The notes: generated by a model from the sequence alone, not told the origin. Positions 1 to 9,728 are shown, counted from the stretch's first letter. The stretch: 64,000 nt of DNA from Alphaproteobacteria bacterium (GCA_964291415.2 OZ219917.1:736001-800000), one strand, 5' to 3'. Translations and numbers: made by a program.

Positions 1-74
1 CGGCCGGCACCACCCCGAAGACCGCTGCAATGGAGACTATCGACATCTTTCGAGCCGGTCTGCGAAGGCCTTGA
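1..74 (+). CDS. 3' end of a gene entering the window, possibly a TetR-family regulator C-terminus
   Basis: Frame from nt 3 reads AGTTPKTAAMETIDIFRAGLRRP*. The '..IDIFxxGL' tail is typical of TetR C-termini, but the fragment is too short to be sure. Confidence 0.25.
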   Translation, partial: AGTTPKTAAMETIDIFRAGLRRP

Positions 75-207
75 CCATAGGTCCTGATCGGCCGGCGCGC
101 CTGTAGCGGGGCGCTGGCGAGACAGGCCGGATCCGGTGCGAGATTGCCGCAAGCCGGATCCCCCTCTACTGTCCGGGCGCATCGCCACAACCCTGGAGCG
201 AGGAACA

Positions 208-843
208 ATGGAGAGGTCCGGGCGTTTCAGCGACGTCGTGACGACGTCGGATGAACTGCGGGAGATCGTGGGCGAGGTCATTCCGGCTGCGGTCACCAAG
301 GTGATCGATCACCTTGACGGCTTCTGCATCGATTTCATCCGCCATGCGCCGTTCTTCGTCATCGGTTCGGGAGGGGGTTCACGCGATGTCGATGTCTCGC
401 CGAAAGGCGATCCCGCAGGATTCGTGAGGATCATCGACAGCACGACCCTCGCCATCCCCGACCGGCCGGGCAATGCCCGCATGGACACGTTCCTCAACGT
501 GCTCGAGAATCCGAAGGTGGCCCTCATCTTCCTGGTTCCCGGGCGCAAGGACACGCTGAGGGTGGCCGGTCGGGCGGAGATCGTGGCCGACGAGGCCCTG
601 CGGCGCTCCATGACCGAACACGGGAAGGTACCCCGACTTGTCATGATCGTTCATGTCGAGCACGCCTTCTTCCATTGCACGAAGTGCATGGTTCGCTCGA
701 ACCTGTGGAAGCCCGAGGCATGGCCGGACACCTCCGGCATGCAGAGTTTCGGCGCCGCGATCGTTGCCCAGGCGAAGCTCAAGGAGACGGCGAGCGAGGC
801 CGATGCTTCCATGAAGGACGCCGAGCAGAACAGGCTCTACTGA
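208..843 (+). CDS. Pyridoxamine 5'-phosphate oxidase-like FMN-binding protein (MSMEG_1061 type)
   Basis: Motifs DVSPKGDPAGFV, IPDRPGNxRxDT, 'LIFLVPG..TLRVxG' and 'FFHCxKC..RSxLW'. ATG at 208 follows GAGGA. Confidence 0.85.
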   Translation: MERSGRFSDVVTTSDELREIVGEVIPAAVTKVIDHLDGFCIDFIRHAPFFVIGSGGGSRDVDVSPKGDPAGFVRIIDSTTLAIPDRPGNARMDTFLNVLENPKVALIFLVPGRKDTLRVAGRAEIVADEALRRSMTEHGKVPRLVMIVHVEHAFFHCTKCMVRSNLWKPEAWPDTSGMQSFGAAIVAQAKLKETASEADASMKDAEQNRLY

Positions 844-1071
844 TGCCGCGGTCCGCCGCTGCTGACGGACCATCACGGCGCGAGAGCGTGGTGATACGTG
901 CGTGATGCAGGCACCTCCGGCGGTAGCCGGGACAGGCATGTGGCGTCAGCCGGCGTCCGGAGTGCGCACCTGTTCTGCTGACTGGAGTGTCCGGCTCGCC
1001 GGTTTGGCAAGGCGCGAGCCCCCTGAAGCCGCCGCCGGGGCAATCTTGGCCGGAAGAGGTCGTTCGCCCCG

Positions 1072-1944
1072 TTATCGTGCTGGCCGCGTTCCGGAGATGA
1101 AGCGGTAGGTGAACAAGCCTTGCGACAGTCCCGAAGCGTAGGAGACGGATGCGTCCATCCAGTCCAGCAAGTCCGGATTGGTCTTGCCGAGATGAGGGTT
1201 CAGGAACGACATCGTCAGGTACGTCCGGCGGATTTCCTCTGTCGACGGGATCGCCTCGGCGGAGAGGTCCCGTTCCTCGATGTCCTCGAAGCCCGCTTCT
1301 TCCAGCACCGTGCATGTATCACGCCACGTGCCCATCGGCGCCAGGCGCCAGTTTCGCTCCACGGCCTCGACAAGCGCCCGATGTTCGTCCGGCACCGGTG
1401 CTCTCTTCAGAAAGCCGCCGTCCAGGGCCTGCCAGCGCCCGCCGGGCTTCAACACCCGGTAGACACCCCGGAGATACGCTGGTTTGTCGTACGCATGGCA
1501 GAAGGACTCCTGGTTCAGGACCGCATCGAAGCAGGCGTTGGAAAACGGCAGTTCCATGAAGTCACCGCAGAGAAACTCCACCAGATGGCCGACCCCGCGC
1601 TCTTGCGCGCATCGCGCCGCCAGGGCGACATGGGGCGCGCAGTTCGTCAACCCGGTGACCCGGACGCCATGCGTCTGCGCCAGGGCGATTGCCGTGGCGC
1701 CCGCGCCGCAGCCGGCATCCAGTACATGCCGTCCCGGACCGAGGGGGCATCCTTGGGTCAGAATGTCGTTGGCGCGTTCCAGGCTTTCCCGCCTGGTCCT
1801 CGTACCCGGCCCCCAGAGGCCGCGATGAAGATGGGGCGGCTCCTCGCGTTCTGTCGACAGAAGCCCGGTCAGCGAGGCATACAGTTCGGCAACCGAACCC
1901 TGCGTTCCGGTACTGCCGGACGAATCCGCTCCCTCAGCGTCCAT
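1072..1944 (-). CDS. Class I SAM-dependent methyltransferase (gamma-tocopherol MT/RebM-like)
   Basis: HxHxGLW N-terminal motif, VLDAGCGAG motif I, GDFMELPF, FDAV..ES and RVLKPGG. Confidence 0.9.
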   Translation of the reverse strand: MDAEGADSSGSTGTQGSVAELYASLTGLLSTEREEPPHLHRGLWGPGTRTRRESLERANDILTQGCPLGPGRHVLDAGCGAGATAIALAQTHGVRVTGLTNCAPHVALAARCAQERGVGHLVEFLCGDFMELPFSNACFDAVLNQESFCHAYDKPAYLRGVYRVLKPGGRWQALDGGFLKRAPVPDEHRALVEAVERNWRLAPMGTWRDTCTVLEEAGFEDIEERDLSAEAIPSTEEIRRTYLTMSFLNPHLGKTNPDLLDWMDASVSYASGLSQGLFTYRFISGTRPAR

Positions 1945-2007
1945 TCCGGATCACTCCGGCAGAGGGTTCCCACAACGCGGAATGCTGTCGGGAGCCGTGT
2001 GTTGCCC

Positions 2008-3273
2008 TCAGCTCCATTCGACTGTCAGTTGCTTCAGCCCGCGAAACGTGATTGTCCGGAAAATGTCCGGCGAACCGCCGTCCGCCAGTCTCATGCCGGG
2101 CAGGCGGCTGGTCAGTTCTTCCAGGGCGATCTTCATCTCAAGCCGGGCGAGCTGTGCCCCGAGACAGAAATGCGCGCCATGGCCGAACGAGAGATGGTCC
2201 CGGGCATTCTTGCGCTCGATGTCCATCGTCTCGCCGTCCGGGAAAACGGTCTCGTCGCGGTTGCCGGAGGCGAGCAGCAGCAGGATTGTCGCGCCCGACG
2301 GAATCTGCCGCCCGGCGATCTCGGCGTCGCGCGTGGCGAGGCGGGGGAATGCCAGAAGAGGGGTGCCGAGGCGCAGGATTTCCTCGACCGCGTTGGGGAT
2401 GAGGCCGGTGTCGGCACAAAGGCGCCCCCACACGTTTCCGTCCGCCAGCATGGCCCTGATGCCGTGGGCCAGCGAATGGCTCTGGTTGTCCGCCCCCGCG
2501 GTCTGCAGCAGGAACACGAAGTTGTGGAGATAGTTGTCGGTGAAGAGCGACGGGGTCGCCCGGCGCGTCCGCACGATGTCGCCGAGATAGTTGTCGCCGG
2601 GATTCTCGATAGCGGCCCTGGCCAGCCCGCCGCTGAACGACCACAGCCGGACAACCATTTCCATCAGGGAGACCTGCGCGGCTTCGGTCACGGTCCCCCA
2701 GGTTTCGACCCGCCGCATTCCGCCTGGCCACCTGGCGAGGTCGAACTCCTCGTCGTCGCCGCCAAGAAGGTGGAAGGTCATCCGGGCGGCAGCCGGCTGC
2801 AGGAACCGGGCGATCAGGTCGGCGCGGCCATCCTCGATGAAGCTGTCGATCTGACTCGAAACGATCGCGCGAATTCTCGGCTCGTATTGCGCCACGCTGC
2901 GTGCGGAAAGGCCGTCTGCGAAGATACGCCGGTTGTCACGGTGAGAGGCCGGCTCCTCGTCCGCCAGAGTAGGTTCCAGCCGCACTCCGGCCGAGCGATA
3001 CACTTCCTCTGCCCTGGGGCATAGCGGCACGGGGGGCTGACGCACATTGGCCGAAGAGAAGGTTTCCTGATCCCGGAAGACTGCGCGGATATCGCTGTAC
3101 CGGGCGACCGTCCACCAGCCGGTTTCGGGAACATGCAGAACCGGCGCCTCGGCTCTGGCCCAGGCGAAGAAGCGGTAGGGATCGGCATAGTACTCGGCAT
3201 GCCGCGAACCGTGCGGCGTGCCGGCGTGCGCCGCCAGCATCTCGTCGAACCGAGTCGCATTGGCTTCCGGCAT
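2008..3273 (-). CDS. Cytochrome P450 (CYP116-like heme domain, no fused reductase), copy 1
   Basis: EEILR (ExxR), heme motif HLSFGHGAHFCLG, I-helix AGADNQ. ATG 3273 is preceded by GGAGAAGGAG; the ORF track extends to 3471. Confidence 0.93.
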   Translation of the reverse strand: MPEANATRFDEMLAAHAGTPHGSRHAEYYADPYRFFAWARAEAPVLHVPETGWWTVARYSDIRAVFRDQETFSSANVRQPPVPLCPRAEEVYRSAGVRLEPTLADEEPASHRDNRRIFADGLSARSVAQYEPRIRAIVSSQIDSFIEDGRADLIARFLQPAAARMTFHLLGGDDEEFDLARWPGGMRRVETWGTVTEAAQVSLMEMVVRLWSFSGGLARAAIENPGDNYLGDIVRTRRATPSLFTDNYLHNFVFLLQTAGADNQSHSLAHGIRAMLADGNVWGRLCADTGLIPNAVEEILRLGTPLLAFPRLATRDAEIAGRQIPSGATILLLLASGNRDETVFPDGETMDIERKNARDHLSFGHGAHFCLGAQLARLEMKIALEELTSRLPGMRLADGGSPDIFRTITFRGLKQLTVEWS

Positions 3274-3495
3274 CTCCTTCTCCGCGACAGCGATCCTGCT
3301 CGATCCGTCGAAAACAGTAGCGCGCCAGCCTGGAGACGGACAAGTCTGTCTCCCTGTCCGTCCGGTGTTGAAACTCCTTCCCGGCCGATGGCAGAGCCGT
3401 CCCCGGGCGGGGCGTGTGGTCGATCTGCGAGGTGAGAATTCAGGGGTTCCCACGCCGCGTTCTTGAGCCATTGCACCGCCGCCGCGGAACCAGGG

Positions 3496-4761
3496 TCAAC
3501 TCCAGTCGACCGTCAGGTGCTTCAGTCCGCGGAAACTGAAGGTCCGGAAGACTTCCGGTGGCCTGTCATCCGCCAGCCTCATGTCGGGCAGACGGCGGGT
3601 CAGTTCCTCCAGAATGACCTTCATCTGGAGCCGGGCGAGCGGCGCCCCAAGGCAGTAATGCACGCCATGGCCGAACGTCAGGTGATCCCGTGCGTTCTCC
3701 CGGTCGATGTCCATCGTCCCGCCGTCCGGGAACACCGTCTCGTCGCGGTTGCCCGAAGCGAGGAGCAACAGGACCCGGGCACCAGCCGGAATCCGCCGCC
3801 CGGCGACTTCAACGTCCCGGGTTGCGAGCCGCGGGAACATCAGCGTGGGCGTGCACAGGCGCAGGATCTCTTCGGCCGCGTTGGGGATGAGGCCGGGATC
3901 GGCGCAAAGGCGTGCCCACATGTCACCGTTCGCCAGCATGGCCCGGATGCCGTGGGCAAGCGAGTGGCTCTGGGTGTCCGCCCCCGCCATCTGGAGCGCG
4001 ATCACGACATTGTGGAGATAGTTGTCCGTGAACAGGGACGGGTCCGCCCGGCGCGACCGGACGATATCGCCGAGATAGTTGTCGCCGGGCTCCTCGATGG
4101 CGGCTTCGAGCAACGAGCCGCCGAACGACCACAACCGGACGACCATGTTGACCAGGGAGATTTGAGCTGCCTCGCTCGGGGCGCCCAGGATCTGGACCCT
4201 CGGGATGCCGCCCGGCCAGTCGGCGAGGTCGAAATTCTCGTCGTCACCGCCGAGCAGGTGGAACGTCATCCTGCTCGCGACAGGATGGAGGAACCGGATG
4301 ATGAGGTCCACCCGACCTTCGTCGGCGAGGCCGTCGATCAGTTGCGAAACGATCGCGCGGATCTTTGGTTCGTACTGCTTGACGATGCGCGCGGAGAGAC
4401 CTTTGCCGAAAAGACGCCGGCTGCGGCGGTGGGCGGTCGAATCCTCGTCGATCAGCGCGGGCTCCAGCCGCACACCGGCGGAGCGGTAGATCTCCATCGC
4501 CCTCGGGCAGAGCGGCACGGGGAACTGGCGGACGTTGGCCGACGAGAATGTCTCCGGGTCCCGGAAAACCGCGCGAATGTCGTCAAAGCGGGAGACCGCC
4601 CACGCGTCGAGCTCCGGAATGTGCAGAACGGGCGCTTCGGCCCGGGCCCAGGCGAAGAAGCGGTATGGATCGGCGAAGTACTCGGCATACCGCGAACCGC
4701 GCAGAGTGCCGGCATGCGAGGTGAGCATCTCGTCGAACCGCACCGCGCCTTGTTCGGACAT
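3496..4761 (-). CDS. Cytochrome P450, copy 2 (close paralog of copy 1)
   Basis: EEILR, HLTFGHGVHYCLG, I-helix AGADTQ. Collinear with copy 1 over the full length. ATG 4761 follows GGAG. Confidence 0.93.
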   Translation of the reverse strand: MSEQGAVRFDEMLTSHAGTLRGSRYAEYFADPYRFFAWARAEAPVLHIPELDAWAVSRFDDIRAVFRDPETFSSANVRQFPVPLCPRAMEIYRSAGVRLEPALIDEDSTAHRRSRRLFGKGLSARIVKQYEPKIRAIVSQLIDGLADEGRVDLIIRFLHPVASRMTFHLLGGDDENFDLADWPGGIPRVQILGAPSEAAQISLVNMVVRLWSFGGSLLEAAIEEPGDNYLGDIVRSRRADPSLFTDNYLHNVVIALQMAGADTQSHSLAHGIRAMLANGDMWARLCADPGLIPNAAEEILRLCTPTLMFPRLATRDVEVAGRRIPAGARVLLLLASGNRDETVFPDGGTMDIDRENARDHLTFGHGVHYCLGAPLARLQMKVILEELTRRLPDMRLADDRPPEVFRTFSFRGLKHLTVDWS

Positions 4762-5255
4762 TTGCGTCTCCGCATCAGACTTCGCTGCGCCGTCAGCCGC
4801 CGGGACCGCGCCCCGGGCTGTGATGGAGGCCCCCGGCGACCATCGCGGCATCCGGCGTGCAGGGCCGACTCGTTCAGGTTGCCACGGTAAGCAACTTGAG
4901 GGCGAGAGTGTCGCTTACGGGGTCGGAGGATTCCAGAGTGGAACGGACCGTTCCGGCGGACCTCGTGATTCGCGAGTCATGCTTCGCAGAGAGGGCGTTC
5001 CGTGCCTTCGCCAGGGAGCGGCTGACAGGTCGCTCGGATTGCGGCGCATCTGTGGGTCGCGATGTCCGCGAGGAGACTGCCCTGGTTTCGATGGCGCGGG
5101 CGGGGCGGAACACGTTCGCACCCGCAGGCGGCTGGAGATCAGGGAGGTGCAGGCGAACGTCGTGCAGCAGCCGGTGGTGAAGTGGTTTTCAAATGTCATC
5201 GCTTCTGGCAGGGTGACGGCCTTGCTGTTGCACATGTCCTCGAAGGAGAACAACG

Positions 5256-5534
5256 ATGACCAAGGCGATCGAAACCAGCCAAGGGGCGATGACGGCATCC
5301 CAGGTCCGCGAACAACTCCTCGCGCAGGCGGCCGAGAGCGAAGAGTTTCGCGCGCGGTTGCTTGCAGACCCTCGGGCAACCCTGAGGGAAGACTACGGCA
5401 TCGTGTTGCCGGAGAACCTGAAAGTGTGCGTCCACGAGGAGGATGCGACAACGGCGCACCTGGTGTTGCCGCCTTCGAAGAGGCTTACCGACGCCGAACT
5501 GGAAGCAGCATCAGGCAGCGGCGGCTATTACTGA
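5256..5534 (+). CDS. NHLP (nitrile hydratase leader) RiPP precursor; predicted core GGYY
   Basis: Leader hallmarks 'A..seEFRARLLADPRA.L...GI.LP..LKV.VHEE......LVLP' and the C39 recognition helix LTDAELEAASGS. RBS GAAGGAG at 5242-5248. Lies upstream of the NHLM transporters. Confidence 0.9.
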   Translation: MTKAIETSQGAMTASQVREQLLAQAAESEEFRARLLADPRATLREDYGIVLPENLKVCVHEEDATTAHLVLPPSKRLTDAELEAASGSGGYY

Positions 5535-5603
5535 TTTCGCCTCCGGGTCCTGTCGTCGCCTGCGTGTCCGCGCAGCGACGTAGCCGGTGCGTCCCTTGTC
5601 CGG

Positions 5604-6671
5604 TTGACCGGAATGACCGGAGGCCGGCTCCCCTCAGGCCGCGGCAAGTCATCTCACGATAACGATGCGGCGAGTTTCGCCGATGTCATCGAGCTGGTCC
5701 GCTGTGTGTTGCCCGCAGGGCTCATCGACGGCCGCGGCTGGGAGCAGCTGGCGGAACGGGCCGGACGGTTGCCGATGTCGGCGGCTGACGCCATGTTCGG
5801 CTTCGAGTGCCGCCTTGATGATTCGGAAGCTTCGGCCGATTTGCTGCTCTCCGTTCTCAAGGACACGCCATTTGTCGAGGTGCTCGTCCAGGAGGGCGCG
5901 GTCGCCGGTTCGAGAGCAGCGGCGCTGGCTCGATTCCTGACCGAAGTGCGGCAGCCGGATTCCTCACTGGGAGCGGCCGTCGGCCAGGTGGCGCTGGAGT
6001 ACGACATCGTCGGAATGAAGGACTTTCCGGCTCCGGGCATTTTCTTTTGCAGCGCTGACGAGAGCGGATACACCGATCCCGGATTGTTGGCGTCAGCGGG
6101 CGCGCTGGCCGCGGGCTGGAACGAGAATGCGTCCGAGCGTCGCGGGATCGAGCGCATCCTGGCCGCCCTGCCACGAGGTGCCGCGGTGCGTTGGGCTGGC
6201 GTGTTCCCGGATCGGAAGATACGGGCGGTGCGGCTGCTGGTTCGCGCCCTGGGCGACGCCCGGCCGGCGTTCCTGGAGCAGATGGGCTGGTCGGGCGATG
6301 CGGACGCCATCGAGGGAATTGTCTCGGCGTTCCGTTCCCGGGACGTGGAGAATCCCGTTCTCGCCCTCGATGTGGCCGGAGACCGCGTTTCGACGGGGCT
6401 TGGTCTGGAGCTGTCCCGGCAGGGGCGCAGCAGTGGCTGGCGTGAGGCGCTCGACATGATGACGCGCCGCGGCTGGTGCCTGCCCGAGAAAGCGGTCGCG
6501 CTGGGCTGCGTCTCCGGTAGCGAGCGGATTTACTCGTCTGGCGGAGCGTGGGACCTTCATTGTGGACTCCACCATGTCAAGCTCGCTGTTTCCGCAGGCG
6601 GTCCTCGGTTCAAGAACTATGCCGCGCGGGCGAAAGGCTATATTACCTGCGTTCTTCGCTCCGTGCCGTGA
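5604..6671 (+). CDS. Conserved hypothetical protein, candidate RiPP maturase A (possible ABBA prenyltransferase-like barrel)
   Basis: Directly follows the precursor. Shares FGFExRL, EYD, PGxF, GLEL, GxCLPEK, HVK and AKxY blocks with 12668-13711. The fold assignment is inference. Confidence 0.6.
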   Translation: MTGMTGGRLPSGRGKSSHDNDAASFADVIELVRCVLPAGLIDGRGWEQLAERAGRLPMSAADAMFGFECRLDDSEASADLLLSVLKDTPFVEVLVQEGAVAGSRAAALARFLTEVRQPDSSLGAAVGQVALEYDIVGMKDFPAPGIFFCSADESGYTDPGLLASAGALAAGWNENASERRGIERILAALPRGAAVRWAGVFPDRKIRAVRLLVRALGDARPAFLEQMGWSGDADAIEGIVSAFRSRDVENPVLALDVAGDRVSTGLGLELSRQGRSSGWREALDMMTRRGWCLPEKAVALGCVSGSERIYSSGGAWDLHCGLHHVKLAVSAGGPRFKNYAARAKGYITCVLRSVP

Positions 6672-6686
6672 TCGAGGGAGAGGTCC

Positions 6687-7484
6687 TTGGCTGAACTAGG
6701 CGAAAGCCAGTTTCGTGAGAGCGCGTTCGCCCGCAACGCAGAGCCCGAGCCGCTGGACGACCGAGCGCAACTGACTGCTCCGCATGAGTGGGTTGTGCTG
6801 GCGTGCCTGGGACTGGTCGCGGCGGCCATCATTGCCTGGGGCGTATTCGGCAGCGTGGAGCGAACAGTGCGGTCAGACGGCGTGCTGGTCCTGTCCGGCG
6901 ATCGGCATACCGTGCTGTCCGAAGAGTCCGGTGTGGTAGTCGAAGTCCTGACGCCGGCGGGGAATCGGGTGGATTCGGGTCAGCCGATCGTCAGGATCGC
7001 CGCTTCCGGTCCCGAACGGACAGAGGGCGACGTCACGAGTCCCGGCGATGGGGTGATTGCAACGCTCCATGTCGCACGCGGCCGGACGGTCCTGGCCGGT
7101 ACCCCGGTCGCCGAGGTGGTGTCCGGAGGCGCCCACGTGCTCGACGCCGTCGCTTTCGTGCCGCGCCAGGAGTCGTGGCGGCTCGCCCCCGGCATGGCCG
7201 GCCGCGTGACCGTGGAATCGTCCGGATCGGTCGGATCCTTCAGGGTCAACCTCACCACTGTCGGGACGCGTGCCGCAGAACCTCCGGATTGGCTTGTGCG
7301 GATGCAGCCGAGTGTCGCAGCCGGGGGCCGGGGTCATCTCCTCCGGCTCACGTTTTCGGACCCTGTGCTTCCCGCGAGCTCGACCGGGAACGCCCTGCCA
7401 GGAAGCCTTGAGGACGGGACACCCTGCCGGATCGAGATTGTCCTTGAGCGCACATCTCCATTCGGCCTGCTGCTCCGGCTCTAG
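6687..7484 (+). CDS. NHLM-system HlyD-like membrane fusion protein (short form)
   Basis: N-terminal 'FRESA......PEPLD' plus TM helix 'WGVFGSV', lipoyl half-motifs (GNRVDSGQPI / VTSPGDGVI) and C-terminal 'SPFGLLL'. TTG start after GGAGAGG. Confidence 0.85.
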   Translation: MAELGESQFRESAFARNAEPEPLDDRAQLTAPHEWVVLACLGLVAAAIIAWGVFGSVERTVRSDGVLVLSGDRHTVLSEESGVVVEVLTPAGNRVDSGQPIVRIAASGPERTEGDVTSPGDGVIATLHVARGRTVLAGTPVAEVVSGGAHVLDAVAFVPRQESWRLAPGMAGRVTVESSGSVGSFRVNLTTVGTRAAEPPDWLVRMQPSVAAGGRGHLLRLTFSDPVLPASSTGNALPGSLEDGTPCRIEIVLERTSPFGLLLRL

Positions 7485-7520
7485 GAACGCGCCGCGGGAA
7501 ACGGAGACGCAACCCGGACA

Positions 7521-9728
7521 ATGTCTGCTTACGCCCATGGCCTGAGAGAACGGTGGCGGCATCTGTTCACGGGCCGCGTGCGCACACCTCTTGTGCTTCA
7601 GATTGAGGCGACCGAATGCGGAGCAGCCTGTCTGGCTTCGGTTCTCCGCCATTTCGGATGCTGGGTGTCGCTGGAGGAGATGCGCGAGGCGTGCGCCGTC
7701 AGCCGCGATGGCTGTTCGGCCGCCGACATCGCGCGCGCGGCGCGGCAGTACGGACTTGAAACAACGGGCTGGAAGCAGGAGATCGGAGACCTTCCCGGCC
7801 TCTCTCTTCCGGCCATTTTGTTCTGGGAATTCCGTCATTTCGTTGTTCTGGAGGGTATCGGGAAGGGACGATACCTCATCAACGATCCGGGCCGTGGCCG
7901 GCGCGTGATCGACGAAGACGGCTTCGATCGCGCCTTTACCGGTGTGGCACTGGAACTCAAGCCCAGCGGGTCGTTTTGCCGCAAGGCGCCGCCACCGGGT
8001 GTGCTGCGCCGGCTGTGGCCCTGGATAAGCGGCTTCAGATCGTCACTCCTGTTCTCGCTGCTGGCCGGGTTGCTGCTTGCGATTCCGGGAATTGCGGCTC
8101 CGGTGCTGCTTGGACTCTTCGTCGATGCTGTTCTCAGAGGCGGGCAGCACGACTGGGGCGGCACATTGATCGGCGCGATGACCGCTGCCGGCATTGCCGT
8201 CTACATCCTCACCTGGCTTCGCGAGAGGTCGTTGCGGCGTCTGGCGGTCGCCGTCGCCGTCCGTCAGGCGGACCGCTTCGTCGGCCGCCTGTTGAGCAGG
8301 TCGGCCCAGTTCTTCGCCCGGCGCATGGCGGGAGATCTGCTGTCGCGGGCGCAGTCGATCGAGCAGGTCGTCGCCATCGGCGTCGTTCAGCTCGTGGGCG
8401 TGGCCGCTGATCTGGCAATGAGTCTCGCCTTCCTGTCGCTGATGGTCGTTTACGATGCCGGACTCGCGGCTGTGGTGATCTTCATCGCGGCGGCGTGCGC
8501 CGCCGCGGCGCGTTTCACCAGCCGCTACCGGACCGATGAAAGCCATGGCCTGCAGCGCGAACAGGGTCTGTGGATCGGCGTCGGCCTCGCCGGACTGCGC
8601 AACGTCGAGGCCCTGCGCGCGACCGCGTCCGAGAACGATTTCTTCTCCCGCTGGAGCGGCCATCAGGCACGCGAGCTGAACGCCCGGCAGAGGTTCGAGG
8701 AACTCGGTCACGTCACGGAAGCCGTCCCGGTCCTGTTCACCGCGCTTGCCGGAACAGCAGTGCTCGGGATTGGCGGCTGGCAGATGATTCACGCCGAGAT
8801 GACGCTGGGCAGCCTCATGGCGTTCTACATGCTGGCCTGGGGATTCCTCCAACCGATTGGCCGGTTCGTGCAGTTCGCGGAACTGTTGCGCACGCTGGAC
8901 GCGGAGTTGGCACGGCTCGAGGAGGTGCTCGACGCTCCGAGCTCCCGAAACGACGCGGCATCGACCATCGCGCCTCGGATTGCCACTGTTGACGGGAGGC
9001 TGCGGCTGCGCGGACACCTCGAGATGCGCAACGTCACTTTCGGATTCAGGCGCTACCGGCCGCCGTTGATCGAAGGATTCAACCTCGTGATCGAACCCGG
9101 TCAGCGAATTGCCATCGTCGGGCCGAGTGGATCGGGCAAGTCCACCCTGTCGCTGCTGGCGGCGGGGATCCACCGGCCCTGGTCCGGCGAAATCCTGTTC
9201 GACGGCATTCGCCGCGACGAGGTCCCGCGCGACGTCCTCAACGATTCGATTTCGGTCGTGTCCCAGGATACGGCGCTCATCGAGGGCTCATTGCGCGACA
9301 ATCTCACCCTGTGGAATCCGACCGTCCCCGATTCGCAGCTGATCGCCGCGGCCCGGGACGCGGCGATCCATGACGACATCATGGCCAGAGTCCACGGTTA
9401 CGACGCCGAGGTCGAGGAAGGAGGGCTCAATTTCAGCGGCGGCCAGCGCCAGCGGCTGGAAATCGCCCGCGCGCTGGTTCACGGTCCCTCGTTGCTGATT
9501 CTCGACGAGGCCACGGCAGCGCTCGATGCGATCACCGAGAACCGGATCGACGACGCATTGCGCCGTCGCGGCTGCTCCTGCCTGATTGTCGCCCACCGCC
9601 TGAGCACGATCCGTGACAGCGACCGGATCATCGTGCTCGACCATGGACGTGTGGTTCAGGACGGTACCCACGACGAACTGATCGCCTCCGAGGACGGTCT
9701 CTATGCGGAGCTGGTTCATGCCTCCTGA
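7521..9728 (+). CDS. NHLM bacteriocin ABC transporter, C39 peptidase/permease/ATPase
   Basis: C39 triad QxxxxECGAACL / HFVV / NDP, TM domain, Walker A GPSGSGKST, FSGGQRQR and LILDEAT. Confidence 0.95.
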   Translation: MSAYAHGLRERWRHLFTGRVRTPLVLQIEATECGAACLASVLRHFGCWVSLEEMREACAVSRDGCSAADIARAARQYGLETTGWKQEIGDLPGLSLPAILFWEFRHFVVLEGIGKGRYLINDPGRGRRVIDEDGFDRAFTGVALELKPSGSFCRKAPPPGVLRRLWPWISGFRSSLLFSLLAGLLLAIPGIAAPVLLGLFVDAVLRGGQHDWGGTLIGAMTAAGIAVYILTWLRERSLRRLAVAVAVRQADRFVGRLLSRSAQFFARRMAGDLLSRAQSIEQVVAIGVVQLVGVAADLAMSLAFLSLMVVYDAGLAAVVIFIAAACAAAARFTSRYRTDESHGLQREQGLWIGVGLAGLRNVEALRATASENDFFSRWSGHQARELNARQRFEELGHVTEAVPVLFTALAGTAVLGIGGWQMIHAEMTLGSLMAFYMLAWGFLQPIGRFVQFAELLRTLDAELARLEEVLDAPSSRNDAASTIAPRIATVDGRLRLRGHLEMRNVTFGFRRYRPPLIEGFNLVIEPGQRIAIVGPSGSGKSTLSLLAAGIHRPWSGEILFDGIRRDEVPRDVLNDSISVVSQDTALIEGSLRDNLTLWNPTVPDSQLIAAARDAAIHDDIMARVHGYDAEVEEGGLNFSGGQRQRLEIARALVHGPSLLILDEATAALDAITENRIDDALRRRGCSCLIVAHRLSTIRDSDRIIVLDHGRVVQDGTHDELIASEDGLYAELVHAS

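Noticed and set aside
208-843. FMN-binding protein as the P450 redox partner or part of the RiPP cluster
   Set aside because: It is convergent to the cluster and belongs to a widespread stand-alone family; only proximity supports a link.
5217-5232. Possible sigma54 promoter CGGCCTTGCTGTTGCA before the precursor
   Set aside because: GG-N10-GC spacing fits, but the -24 match is weak and the implied start would fall inside the RBS. Not enough to call.
4762-5255. Additional short precursor peptides in the divergent spacer
   Set aside because: I found no small ORF with an RBS and an aromatic-rich or leader-like sequence.
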